Both the position numbers and the translations under genes were made by a program. The notes under the pieces are model-generated. The model made no database searches, had not been told where the DNA came from, and saw nothing but the letters and a program-made list of their open reading frames with translations. Shown piece after piece: positions 9,541 through 19,008 of a DNA stretch of 64,000 nt. This DNA comes from a virus. Where the stretch lies: the UHGV virus genome UHGV-0277313; one strand, written 5' to 3'. Position 1 is the first letter of the stretch; every line of letters begins with the position of its first letter.

Positions 9541-9583
9541 AATTGGTAACTATTGTAATTCCAATAACGAATTGAGGTTTAAT

Positions 9584-10492
9584 ATGACATTTAATGACTT
9601 TTTGAAAATTAATGAAATCAAGGCATTGTTTAATTGCCCTGAAAATCTGATCTATCACCCTGAAGGCAATACAGGTGGTCATGTTGTCAAAGCATTAGAA
9701 TGGTTAAATGCCAATTGCCCTTCTGAATACAAACACGATTGTTATATTGCAACATTGCTTCATGATATAGGAAAACCTTTAACGGAAAAGGAAAAGTTTC
9801 CTAAACATCCTAAACATGATGTATTGGGTGCTGAATTTATTACAAACAATTCAAATTTTCGTAAGGCTGTAGAGGATATTTACGGTGTTGTTGATTGGAA
9901 ATTTGTCGAAAATGTTTGCCGTTATCACATGGTTTTTTGGCATTTTAAAGATAGAAATAAACGTGCATCTAGCTTTTTAACTTTATTAGAAGATGTAGGC
10001 TATAAAAATATTGATAAATTTTTATGGTGTGTATTCGCTGATAATTGTAGTAATGACAATGTGAATGATAAAAGCTATGTAACATTGTTTCAGTTGTGTA
10101 AAGACTTGTTTAAAGACTTGAAAAACATGTGCGACAAAGTCATAGAACCTAGTCATAAATATAAACAATGGAAGAATATGTATTGGGAAACTAAAGTGCG
10201 AGTCTGTTCGGATGTTGTTAATACATTTAATAAAGAATCCAAAATTGTTGTGTTTGATGATTTGGTTCAATCTTTCATGAATATGCTAAAGAAAAAAGAA
10301 GGCAGTCAAATTAGCAATGATTCTGTTTCAATAAACAAAGAAAATTCGACATTATGGTTTAATGTTAACAATGTAAATTATGTTATTGAAGTTTTTGATT
10401 TGCAAAAATGTAATTGTCGAGTCATTGCACCTGATTTATTTGAATTTAGATTTAGCACAGATTTCAACGTTTGGTTTGTTCGATTTAAATAA
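9584..10492 (+). CDS. HD-domain phosphohydrolase
   Basis: H...LLHDIGKP...HPKHD...H pattern. GAGGT Shine-Dalgarno precedes ATG 9584; the track ORF starting at 9494 overlaps tnpB. Confidence 0.55.
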   Translation: MTFNDFLKINEIKALFNCPENLIYHPEGNTGGHVVKALEWLNANCPSEYKHDCYIATLLHDIGKPLTEKEKFPKHPKHDVLGAEFITNNSNFRKAVEDIYGVVDWKFVENVCRYHMVFWHFKDRNKRASSFLTLLEDVGYKNIDKFLWCVFADNCSNDNVNDKSYVTLFQLCKDLFKDLKNMCDKVIEPSHKYKQWKNMYWETKVRVCSDVVNTFNKESKIVVFDDLVQSFMNMLKKKEGSQISNDSVSINKENSTLWFNVNNVNYVIEVFDLQKCNCRVIAPDLFEFRFSTDFNVWFVRFK

Positions 10493-10872
10493 TGCTTTTT
10501 AAAAATCTTTTATTTAGTACATCGTGGATAACAAATGAAAAAGTTGATGAATTTGTAAATTCAATAAATGGTTTACAATGTGAAGCACATGTATCATTCG
10601 AAGGGCAAAGAGATGCGGTTATTAATCAGACTTCTAAAGTTGCAATCGCAAGTGATTACGACGTTTATTTCATAAATTTAAATTGCGTAATCAACAATAA
10701 AAAAGCTAAATTTAGTTTAATAGAAACGTTTTGTTTTGATCGAGGTTGGTTTGATAACACTAAATCTTTTGTTGGAAAGGAATATAAAATATTGTATAAA
10801 GATACAGTTAAAGGGCGTGTTCAATTTATCAGTGAAAAAGATGTAGGTGAAAGTTTGTTGGGAGACGTTTAA
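10492..10872 (+). CDS. C-terminal-tail family protein (ends ...KDVGESLLGDV)
   Basis: Shared C-terminal motif. Tandem cluster of three. Confidence 0.55.
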   Translation: MLFKNLLFSTSWITNEKVDEFVNSINGLQCEAHVSFEGQRDAVINQTSKVAIASDYDVYFINLNCVINNKKAKFSLIETFCFDRGWFDNTKSFVGKEYKILYKDTVKGRVQFISEKDVGESLLGDV

Positions 10873-11276
10873 TGGAAGATATAGACATTGCAAAAAGAAA
10901 TTTTTCAAAGATATGTGACAAGTTTTTAGGACAAACTATAACTTGTCAATTTAAAGGATATATTGTTACACAGATTAAACGAATAAATATTCATTTGAAT
11001 GAAAATTTTCACTTTTACGAATGGATTGAACAACCTATTGGGAATGCATTACCTCAATTTAAGGATTGTTTTGAAATTCCTTTTGAAGCTGAAAGCGAAG
11101 TAAAAGGTAATGACGTAGTAAAAGGTAATTGTGTGCAATTTCCAGTATTTGTAAATACGAATGTTTTATTCAAAAATAATAGACAATTGATTTTTAAATA
11201 TGGATTGATTTTTGATTGCTTATATTGTGAAGTAGAAGCAGAAGAAGTTGGATTATCTGTTTTAAACGAGGTTTGA
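10872..11276 (+). CDS. C-terminal-tail family protein (ends ...EEVGLSVLNEV)
   Basis: Shared C-terminal motif. Confidence 0.55.
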   Translation: MEDIDIAKRNFSKICDKFLGQTITCQFKGYIVTQIKRINIHLNENFHFYEWIEQPIGNALPQFKDCFEIPFEAESEVKGNDVVKGNCVQFPVFVNTNVLFKNNRQLIFKYGLIFDCLYCEVEAEEVGLSVLNEV

Positions 11277-11735
11277 ATGAAATTAAAATATGTTTATTGG
11301 TGTTTATTTTTATCGCCTCAACTTGCTATGTTGATAGGGGACTGTTGGCATTTTGCACCTGCCATAATTTTATTCCCGTTGCTTCCTATATTTACTATTG
11401 ATTTTAGTTTCAATCATTGTACAAACTATTTAACAGTACACAATGTTACTGTAAAACGTTTGGTTGTAAAGGGCAATGTTTTTTATGAGATAACAAATGA
11501 TTTTTATTATAGGCTTTCAGTTAATGAAAAAATTAATGAGTTACAAATTTTAACAACCAGTTTATCAGATTTTGATATGTTTATGTTTGATATTTTATTT
11601 AAACATGTTATTAATAATTGGGTCAAAAAACAGTTTAACGGGGAGTTAAAAATAAAATATATAAAATTACCTAATCAAATATGTTATAGACTTGAAAAAG
11701 TAGATATTGGTAATGTTTGTCTTAATTCAATTTAG
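11277..11735 (+). CDS. C-terminal-tail family protein with hydrophobic N-terminus (ends ...VDIGNVCLNSI)
   Basis: Shared C-terminal motif. The N-terminal 45 aa are hydrophobic. Confidence 0.5.
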   Translation: MKLKYVYWCLFLSPQLAMLIGDCWHFAPAIILFPLLPIFTIDFSFNHCTNYLTVHNVTVKRLVVKGNVFYEITNDFYYRLSVNEKINELQILTTSLSDFDMFMFDILFKHVINNWVKKQFNGELKIKYIKLPNQICYRLEKVDIGNVCLNSI

Positions 11736-11747
11736 AGGTGTGTGTAA

Positions 11748-12374
11748 ATGTCAACAGAATATTTTTATATTAAAGAATCGACAAAAGAATTATTTGATTT
11801 AGGAAATGGTGGTCATTATTATGATTTGTATGAATTAATCTTGAAAAAGATTAGGTCTTTTCAAAAGTCAGGAACATCGATTGATGTTGTAAAAGAAAAG
11901 TTAAAGCCGTACATTTTAGAAGAATTCCAGTATTTTGATCCTGATACAACTGAAGATGATTCATATTTATGTTTTTTTGTTGAACGAGTTATTCCTTCTT
12001 TGTTAAATTGGATTGATGACACAACAAACCTGATAAATGATTATGAATTAGTTGTATCTGTCGAAAAAGAATTTGGTAAAGAATTTTGTGAGAACTTCTA
12101 TGAAGAAAATCATAAAAGTTATGTAGATCAAGTATACAAAACTGTCGGTTCAATTTATGAAGATGAAACATTCGAAAATGGTATTATTGATCGTTCAGTT
12201 ACTTTTGATCGTGTGTTGATTGAATTGAAGCACGGGAAGACAGCATATCGTAAAAGTAAACCGAATATCATCTTTGGTTTGTTACCAAATGGCATATTTT
12301 CAGTTAATGATCATGGCGTTATCTTAATAAAAACAGATGATATTTTAGCAAATGATTGGATTGTTGTTGACTAA
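11748..12374 (+). CDS. Hypothetical protein
   Basis: Shine-Dalgarno GAGGTG. 208 aa. Confidence 0.55.
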   Translation: MSTEYFYIKESTKELFDLGNGGHYYDLYELILKKIRSFQKSGTSIDVVKEKLKPYILEEFQYFDPDTTEDDSYLCFFVERVIPSLLNWIDDTTNLINDYELVVSVEKEFGKEFCENFYEENHKSYVDQVYKTVGSIYEDETFENGIIDRSVTFDRVLIELKHGKTAYRKSKPNIIFGLLPNGIFSVNDHGVILIKTDDILANDWIVVD

Positions 12375-12426
12375 ATTATGAAAATGATATATTATTATTT
12401 CATGTAGTAAATTCGGAGACAAGTTC

Positions 12427-12726
12427 ATGACTGAAAATTTAACAAAATCGGTAGAGAATTTCATATTATCAAATAAGATATATGGTTATGAAGTTTTGTC
12501 TATCTGTTCTGTTGAAGAATCTTTTCAGAAAGATTATCTTGCTATTGAATTAACAATTAAAACAGATACTTCTTTTAATACTGTAGAACATTGTGTATGG
12601 ATTAGTAAAAAATATCTTGATGAAAAAGTGTATAAACATTTTAGGTATCAGCAACATAAAGATAAACAATGGGTAAGTGAAATTGTTCCGATTGAGATTG
12701 GTGAATTTGCTTTAGAGTCAATTTAA
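12427..12726 (+). CDS. C-terminal-tail family protein (ends ...IEIGEFALESI)
   Basis: Shine-Dalgarno GGAGA. Shared C-terminal motif. Confidence 0.55.
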   Translation: MTENLTKSVENFILSNKIYGYEVLSICSVEESFQKDYLAIELTIKTDTSFNTVEHCVWISKKYLDEKVYKHFRYQQHKDKQWVSEIVPIEIGEFALESI

Positions 12727-12736
12727 AGAGAAACGA

Positions 12737-12928
12737 ATGATTGTAAATTTAATAGAAAGTCAAATAGTCAACAGAATAGATTGTGAACATTTAAAACGTG
12801 TCGAAGATTTAGATAAGTTGGAATGTTTTAACGATTTAATAATGACAGATCTGAAAGAATGCGAAAAAGAACATCTGAAAATTTACAATAAACAAATCGA
12901 AAAAGCGGGAACTTTTAATGGCCAATAA
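12737..12928 (+). CDS. Small hypothetical protein
   Basis: 63-aa ORF between family members. Confidence 0.35.
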   Translation: MIVNLIESQIVNRIDCEHLKRVEDLDKLECFNDLIMTDLKECEKEHLKIYNKQIEKAGTFNGQ

Positions 12929-13253
12929 AAATAAAAAGCTTGAGAGAATATATCAATTATTAAATGAAAAGAATTCAACGTTTTGTTTATATGATCGAGA
13001 AGTATATTTAAAAACATGTCATATATTTCAATTCGATGAATACAATAATGAATACACTGTTGCTGGAGAAATTCATTTAGATAAAGAGCGAACAGAGCAG
13101 CCTTTAGGGTATATAGTTGTAAGAGTCAGTAAAGAAGCTTTAAAATCTTTTCCGTATGTGTTTGAAAAAGGAGATTTAAAGTTAACCGAAAAAGGGTTGT
13201 CTGTCTTCGTGGAAAGAAAAGAGGTTGGAAAAGTTGTTTTAGATAATGTTTAA
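12918..13253 (+). CDS. C-terminal-tail family protein (ends ...KEVGKVVLDNV)
   Basis: Shared C-terminal motif. Confidence 0.55.
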   Translation: MANKNKKLERIYQLLNEKNSTFCLYDREVYLKTCHIFQFDEYNNEYTVAGEIHLDKERTEQPLGYIVVRVSKEALKSFPYVFEKGDLKLTEKGLSVFVERKEVGKVVLDNV

Positions 13254-13257
13254 TTAG

Positions 13258-13286
13258 TTGACATATAGCTTTTTATATGATATATT
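13258..13286 (+). promoter_or_regulatory. Sigma70-like promoter TTGACA-N17-TATATT
   Basis: TTGACA at 13258-13263 and TATATT at 13281-13286. Confidence 0.5.
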
Positions 13287-13756
13287 ACAAAATATAAATT
13301 CTCATCCAAATGTTATTTTTAAAATATATCTTGATTTCTAAATTGATATGAGGTAATCTAAAAGAATAGAAGTTTATCTATAAAGTTTTAAAATTAAGTT
13401 GGAAGGTTTGTGATTTTGTTATACAAGGTGACTAAATCAATGGAAGAAAGAGGATACTTTGTTTAGGTTACAAATTCAACTTGATTTTAAATACAAAAGA
13501 AAATCTGAGTGAAATAAAGGTTTTCTCCTTAGAAATAAGGTTGTTTTTAGATTCATGTCATCTAAATCTATATAAATTTTATAATAGTTTAGAGTGGTGA
13601 GTTATTTTAAGAGAGGTATTTTTGTTTTGCTAAGTTTAGGTGTTGTCTTTACTGTTGTTGCAGTATTAGGTTTCGTTTGGGCAATCAAATTGTCTAAAGT
13701 TGTAGAAAAGGCTGATAAAGCCGATCATGAAAATAAAAACTAATTGAGGTGTGGAA

Positions 13757-14905
13757 ATGTCTTTTAAAAGCTTGACAATCGTTACGATCGTAGTGTGTTT
13801 AGTGCTTTTTGTTTGTTTAGCAGGAGGTCTGTTTGAAACAAACAGTTTTGGAAATTATCAGATTAAACAGGCGGCTGTTACTGGCCATGTAACCGTTCGG
13901 ACGGCGCCAGGTCTTTATTGGCAAGGATTTGGGCAAATCACTACATACCCTGTTTCTGAAGACCTTGATTTTGAAGATTCAAATATGACTGTACGTTTCA
14001 ATGATGGATCTGTTGCTAGTGTGAAAGGTACAGTCAAATACAAATTGCCAATGTTAGAAAAATTGCAGATGGAATTGCATCGTGACTATGGCTCGTTTAA
14101 AAATGTTGAAGAAGATTTGATTCGCAAAAATGTTGCTGAAGCATTGTCACAGGCCGCTACGTTGATGGTTGCTGAAGATTCATATTCTGCAAGACGTGCT
14201 GAATTTTCAGATGCGGCGAAGAAACAGTTGGAAAACGGCATTTTCAAAACGTCTACAAAAGTTGTTGATTCGACTGATGAAAATGGAACAAAATTCAAAC
14301 AGCGCATCATTAACATTGTTTATGATAATGAAGGGAACCCTATCGTTCAGAAGAAGTCGTTGTTGAAGCACTACGGAATTGAAATTCTTCAGTTTGTTGT
14401 AAATGATTTTGGCTACGATTCTAAAATTAACGATTTGATTTCGAAAAAGAAAGAAGCTGAACAGTTAAAAGTTGTTAGTACGGCAAACGCTGAACGTGCT
14501 AAACAGGATGCTTTAACAGCTGAAGCGCAAGGGAAGGCCAGAATTGCAGAAGCCCGTGCAAATGCTGAAGTACAGAAAACTACAGAAGTCGTAGAAGCAC
14601 AGAAACGTGCTGAAGTAGCTAAACTTGCGGCTGAACAGGCTAAATACGAAGCCTTGAAGGTCAAGCAGGAAGGTGAGGCTGAAGCATATGCAAATAAACT
14701 GAAAGTGCAAGCGGGTTTGACACCTTTAGAAAAAGCAACAATCGAAAAAGAAACCCGCATTGGAATTGCAAAAGCATTGGCTAGCGTTAAATTTCCTGAA
14801 CACATGATCATTTCAGGTGGTAGTTCAGGTACAAGTTCAACAAATCCTTTTGACGCAGTAGGACTTAAAGCACTCTACGAATTGTCAAATAGTTTGAATA
14901 AATAA
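13757..14905 (+). CDS. SPFH / band-7 (HflK/C-flotillin-like) membrane protein
   Basis: N-terminal transmembrane helix, then an SPFH-like region. Long Ala/Glu/Lys/Gln coiled-coil (AEAQGKARIAEARANAEVQK...). Shine-Dalgarno GAGGTG precedes ATG 13757. Confidence 0.65.
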   Translation: MSFKSLTIVTIVVCLVLFVCLAGGLFETNSFGNYQIKQAAVTGHVTVRTAPGLYWQGFGQITTYPVSEDLDFEDSNMTVRFNDGSVASVKGTVKYKLPMLEKLQMELHRDYGSFKNVEEDLIRKNVAEALSQAATLMVAEDSYSARRAEFSDAAKKQLENGIFKTSTKVVDSTDENGTKFKQRIINIVYDNEGNPIVQKKSLLKHYGIEILQFVVNDFGYDSKINDLISKKKEAEQLKVVSTANAERAKQDALTAEAQGKARIAEARANAEVQKTTEVVEAQKRAEVAKLAAEQAKYEALKVKQEGEAEAYANKLKVQAGLTPLEKATIEKETRIGIAKALASVKFPEHMIISGGSSGTSSTNPFDAVGLKALYELSNSLNK

Positions 14906-14911
14906 ACTCAA

Positions 14912-14947
14912 ACAGAAGCGAAGTTCAAATACTTCGCTTCTGTTTTG
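14912..14947 (+). terminator. Rho-independent terminator
   Basis: CAGAAGCGAAGT-tcaaat-ACTTCGCTTCTG followed by TTTTG. Confidence 0.7.
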
Positions 14948-14949
14948 TC

Positions 14950-14978
14950 TTGACATTGCATCTTAATCAGCATAGAAT
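14950..14978 (+). promoter_or_regulatory. Sigma70-like promoter TTGACA-N17-TAGAAT
   Basis: TTGACA at 14950-14955 and TAGAAT at 14973-14978. Confidence 0.5.
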
Positions 14979-15006
14979 GAATTTAAATAAACAAATAGGT
15001 GACAAA

Positions 15007-15348
15007 ATGACTAATTGCTTAATGAATGCTACATATACTAAAATGCAAGAAAGGTTGTTGTCTGATGATAACTTAAAAGCATTTACAGTATGTTGTGATA
15101 TAGTTAAAAATGAATTCTTTTTTATTGAACGTATTGATTCTGATGCCGTAATCACAAACAACAACAAATACAAAGACTATATTAGTTTGTGGGATTATCA
15201 AATCGAACAATTGTCAAATGAAGGCGTTGAATGGATTAGACGTTTATTAGATCGTGACAATATTTTAATTGTAACGAAATGCAACAACAAAGAAGACTGC
15301 ATTAAATTAATTAAAGAATTGGAAAAAGTCAAATTCAACGTTCATTAA
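15007..15348 (+). CDS. Hypothetical protein
   Basis: Shine-Dalgarno AGGTGA precedes ATG 15007, downstream of the promoter. Confidence 0.5.
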   Translation: MTNCLMNATYTKMQERLLSDDNLKAFTVCCDIVKNEFFFIERIDSDAVITNNNKYKDYISLWDYQIEQLSNEGVEWIRRLLDRDNILIVTKCNNKEDCIKLIKELEKVKFNVH

Positions 15349-15599
15349 ACATAATAATCTTTTGAATTCTGTTCGTTTAAAACTTCTTCTTCTTCATGAG
15401 CTTTTTGACAATGGTTTCGGGAACCCGTGAAAATAGAAAAGAACACGTCAAGAGAGAAACATATTATAATAAATATTATGTTGCCTTCATATGATTTTCT
15501 ATAGCTTCTTGCCGCAATAGTTTCATCAGGATGCCCAAACAAAATACTGTTAAAAAGTTGGCTGATAGCAATTAAAATGTTTTTGATATATTGTTTCAT
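15345..15599 (-). CDS. Small membrane protein
   Basis: 84 aa with hydrophobic segments. Confidence 0.4.
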   Translation of the reverse strand: MKQYIKNILIAISQLFNSILFGHPDETIAARSYRKSYEGNIIFIIICFSLDVFFSIFTGSRNHCQKAHEEEEVLNEQNSKDYYV

Positions 15600-15700
15600 C
15601 TATTCACCTATATTCTTTCTTTTAAGAACAAATAAAACTTGACAATTTCGTTTGCTTGTTTTATCTTTAGAGTGTAAATAGAAATTTGAGGTAATTTTAT

Positions 15701-16168
15701 ATGGGAAAGATTAATAAGAAATATAAAGCCAATATTTACCGTGATTCATGGGCGATCGATGTGGCTTTTTATGCATGGTTGTTGCCTAGATTAAAAGCTT
15801 TTAGAGATTATACAAATGGTTGGCCTAATCAATTGTATGATACGTTTGAAGATTTTATTGCTGATATCGATGAAAAAATCAAATGGCTAGAGTTTTTGTA
15901 TAAAGCAACATGTAATAGAAAAGATATTAAAATTACAAAAGAAGAAATTGATTCATTATTTAACGAAGAAATGAATGACAAATATTATGAAGGCGATTGG
16001 AGACATTGGCTTAATTTAAAGCCTTTACATATGAAATGTGGGGACTTTGAAAAAATATATGATGAAGATGAAAGTCACTATATTTGGAAACAGGAAATTT
16101 TAACAAATGTTTTAGGTAAAGCATTTGGTGAATGGTTTGGTAAAAATTATTCGACTTTATGGTGGTAA
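15701..16168 (+). CDS. Hypothetical protein
   Basis: TTGACA-N17-TATCTT upstream at ~15640. Shine-Dalgarno GAGGT. Confidence 0.55.
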   Translation: MGKINKKYKANIYRDSWAIDVAFYAWLLPRLKAFRDYTNGWPNQLYDTFEDFIADIDEKIKWLEFLYKATCNRKDIKITKEEIDSLFNEEMNDKYYEGDWRHWLNLKPLHMKCGDFEKIYDEDESHYIWKQEILTNVLGKAFGEWFGKNYSTLWW

Positions 16169-16174
16169 ACTTTA

Positions 16175-16372
16175 ATGAAGAATTTTATCTTGTGTTTATC
16201 TAAATTGCAACTATTGTTTGTTGTGGTTATGACAATAGTTGTCTTAACACAAGTTTTTAACGAAACCGAAGAAAGCCTTTTTATATTCAAAGTTTATATG
16301 TTGTTTAATGTTTTTTCTGTAGCTTTATGGTTGTTTGGTGATATTGTTGCAGAAGATTTAGAAAGCAATTGA
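16175..16372 (+). CDS. Small transmembrane protein
   Basis: 65 aa with two hydrophobic helices. Confidence 0.35.
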   Translation: MKNFILCLSKLQLLFVVVMTIVVLTQVFNETEESLFIFKVYMLFNVFSVALWLFGDIVAEDLESN

Positions 16373-16380
16373 TTGTTTAA

Positions 16381-16743
16381 ATGATTAGCAAAAAAGATTT
16401 TTTAGATTATAAAGATCCACATTTCCAAAAGATATTGAAAATTATTCAAAGTCATTGCTATACATATGTCACAGATTGTTTACACGATATCTGTGGTGGA
16501 AGCTGTAGAAATGGAAAGAACACATTTATTCAAAAATGGGATATTCAAGGTTGTAATACAGCAATAGATTCAGTTTGGGTTCAGGTTTATTCAAAAAGCA
16601 GGCATGCCTATTTTGCACATGAAGATTGTTTCAGAAGGGAACATTTATCTTTTAATGAATTAAACTTCTTAACAGATAAATATACAAAAACAAAATATAT
16701 TTCATTGAAAGAATGTGGTGAAGCTGTGTTGGAGTCGATTTAA
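16381..16743 (+). CDS. C-terminal-tail family protein (ends ...KECGEAVLESI)
   Basis: Shared C-terminal motif. Confidence 0.55.
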   Translation: MISKKDFLDYKDPHFQKILKIIQSHCYTYVTDCLHDICGGSCRNGKNTFIQKWDIQGCNTAIDSVWVQVYSKSRHAYFAHEDCFRREHLSFNELNFLTDKYTKTKYISLKECGEAVLESI

Positions 16744-17096
16744 TGAATGACGATTATAATTTATATGTAGGTGAGATTCTTCGATTTGGTGAAGGTGAAT
16801 ATGAAGATTATTTCACATTTGGTGATCGAGTGGTTTTGAAAGATTTTAATATTCAAGATGAAGCTAAATATTATCTTGATGAATCTCAAGTAATAGGAAT
16901 TTATGATTTCCTAAAAAGACTTGATTCAAAAGGTTTAACAAAAGAGGTAAACAACCGTACTTTCTATATTGGCGCTGGATACGTTGATAACAATCAAGAT
17001 TTTGATTGGTTTGAAAATTTGAGTCAAGAAGAAGTGCAAAAGAATATTGATAATTACTATGACGAGAGCGACGTAGAAGATGAAGAAGAGAATTAA
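16743..17096 (+). CDS. Acidic hypothetical protein
   Basis: ATGA overlap with the upstream stop. Confidence 0.5.
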   Translation: MNDDYNLYVGEILRFGEGEYEDYFTFGDRVVLKDFNIQDEAKYYLDESQVIGIYDFLKRLDSKGLTKEVNNRTFYIGAGYVDNNQDFDWFENLSQEEVQKNIDNYYDESDVEDEEEN

Positions 17097-17637
17097 GTTT
17101 CGAGTTTGGGATAAATGTAATCGAGAATATTGGTCATTCAATAAGATTGATGATAAGTATGATTGGTTAGTTGACGAACAAGATCCTATAGGAAAAGATT
17201 TCATTATCATCGAGAAAAATACTAGAATGTGTGATTCATGTGGCAATGAAATTTATGAAAATGATTTTGTTGATATTACAGATGTTGGCCTGTGCGTCAT
17301 GCGTAAAAACCAAAAAACAAATACATGGTCTTTTGTTTTGTCGATTAAAAATAAACCTGATCGTTGGTTTAGTGTAGAAGATGTAAAAGATAAAAATAAA
17401 CGCAGAGTAGGTGATATACATATGAATGATTTCTATCAGGCTAAACCTGTTGCGAGATGTGTAGGTGGATATCATTTACGGAAAGATTATATTGAGCGGG
17501 AAATCGATCACATATTATCTGGTTTAATGGAGCATGAAAATGTTTCTGTAAGTCGTAAGTTTCTTAAAAAGATTAAGACAAAATTGATGAGATTAAATGA
17601 AATTAAACATCAATCTAGTCGCATCACAAGACTTTAA
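17080..17637 (+). CDS. YopX-like protein
   Basis: N-terminal IKFRVWDK signature typical of YopX-family phage proteins. Confidence 0.45.
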   Translation: MKKRIKFRVWDKCNREYWSFNKIDDKYDWLVDEQDPIGKDFIIIEKNTRMCDSCGNEIYENDFVDITDVGLCVMRKNQKTNTWSFVLSIKNKPDRWFSVEDVKDKNKRRVGDIHMNDFYQAKPVARCVGGYHLRKDYIEREIDHILSGLMEHENVSVSRKFLKKIKTKLMRLNEIKHQSSRITRL

Positions 17638-17690
17638 CACAAACAATTTTTGTTCTTGATTGTACTAATATTTAACTATAGGTTGTTGAA

Positions 17691-18356
17691 ATGTTTGATC
17701 AAAATACAGTAATTCATTTTGAAAATGAAAACAAAGATGAAATTAAAAAGACGTTAGATGAATTGTTTTCATATGAAGAGACATTAGAAGATAATTCCAA
17801 TGTAAAACTTGACCTTAAAGGTAAAAGTCTTGATACAATTGCTTTTGTTTTGAAAGAAGCTTTGAACAATTCAGAATTGAAAAACGTTCAATTGTTAACT
17901 AATGTCCTTTGTTTATTGAAATCATATTTTACATTTGATTCTAGCTTTTTTGAATCAGAAGACATTTATGTTAATAAATCTGTTGAATTAATTGATTTGA
18001 AACGTCGTTTGAAAAGTGATATTGATAAAGTATCACGTCAGGTAGCTATCTATTTTCTGTCAATTTGTCGGTCTTTGAACAAGGTTGAATACACAATGCT
18101 TGATTCATATCGGCCGTTGCCAAACCTTTATCATACAATATTTTTAACGACTGATATGGTTACTATCAGCAGCATTTTATGTGACGTTAAAGATGGTTCT
18201 TTTTCTGAATGTTCATTAGTTCGTGATGCTAATTTGTATTTCAATTCAATCATGAGTAAGTACAGAATTGGGAATGAAATGATGAATGAATTTTTAAGAC
18301 CAATCTTAAAACAATTCCAAAAAGAAGACGGTGCTAAAAATGAAAAAGCTGATTAA
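17691..18356 (+). CDS. Hypothetical protein
   Basis: 221-aa ORF. Confidence 0.5.
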   Translation: MFDQNTVIHFENENKDEIKKTLDELFSYEETLEDNSNVKLDLKGKSLDTIAFVLKEALNNSELKNVQLLTNVLCLLKSYFTFDSSFFESEDIYVNKSVELIDLKRRLKSDIDKVSRQVAIYFLSICRSLNKVEYTMLDSYRPLPNLYHTIFLTTDMVTISSILCDVKDGSFSECSLVRDANLYFNSIMSKYRIGNEMMNEFLRPILKQFQKEDGAKNEKAD

Positions 18357-18996
18357 ATATAGTGAATTAATTGAATACGCATTAACATACATTGCATCAG
18401 TGTGTGAGAATATTGATGGGATGAAACCTTCTATTCCTGATGATGTTAAAAATGGTTATACACGTGTTTTAGCGAACAACGGCAAACATTCAATTACAAT
18501 GGTAGTATCAGATGGAACCGTTGCTCAAGTAGCATCTTCAACTGTTCGTTCTGAATTAACAAGCTTTCTATCAACACAAGGTGTTTATTCTAAAGCTGGA
18601 ACTTTGATTAATGCTAAAGGTGTGCTTAATTTCTTCAATTATTTAGCATCTTTTATCAGTGGTCATGTGTTTACAGTTGTGAATAATGTGTCAGGAAATA
18701 AATGCTGTGTGTATAAAGCAGGGAATGTTTCTGTGTCAGGGGTTTCGAGATTGTCAGAAGAAATAGATTCAGATCCTGAACGTCATAATGTAATCTTTAC
18801 AGCAACACATAATGAAAACAATCTTGCATCTCTGACAGAAGCACTAAAAAATGTAACTAGTGTAAAAAGTATTAATACGTTAATTAATTACGCTTGCTCA
18901 TCGTCTTCGTCATCATCAAGTTCATCTTGTAGTTGTTCAAGTAGTTCAAGTTGTTGCAGCTCGTCTTCTTCGTATATTGTCTATATGATGATTTAA
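18340..18996 (+). CDS. Hypothetical protein with poly-Ser/Cys C-terminal tail
   Basis: Ends CSSSSSSSSSSCSCSSSSSCCSSSSSYIVYMMI. Shine-Dalgarno GGTG precedes ATG 18340. Confidence 0.5.
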   Translation: MKKLIKYSELIEYALTYIASVCENIDGMKPSIPDDVKNGYTRVLANNGKHSITMVVSDGTVAQVASSTVRSELTSFLSTQGVYSKAGTLINAKGVLNFFNYLASFISGHVFTVVNNVSGNKCCVYKAGNVSVSGVSRLSEEIDSDPERHNVIFTATHNENNLASLTEALKNVTSVKSINTLINYACSSSSSSSSSSCSCSSSSSCCSSSSSYIVYMMI

Positions 18997-19008
18997 AGGT
19001 TTACAATA

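Noticed and set aside
18895-18975. The Ser/Cys tract as a non-coding tandem DNA repeat or microsatellite
   Set aside because: It is in frame within a 219-aa ORF that has a good Shine-Dalgarno sequence, and it encodes a coherent poly-Ser/Cys tail rather than being intergenic. It is treated as coding low-complexity sequence, though it may be hypervariable.
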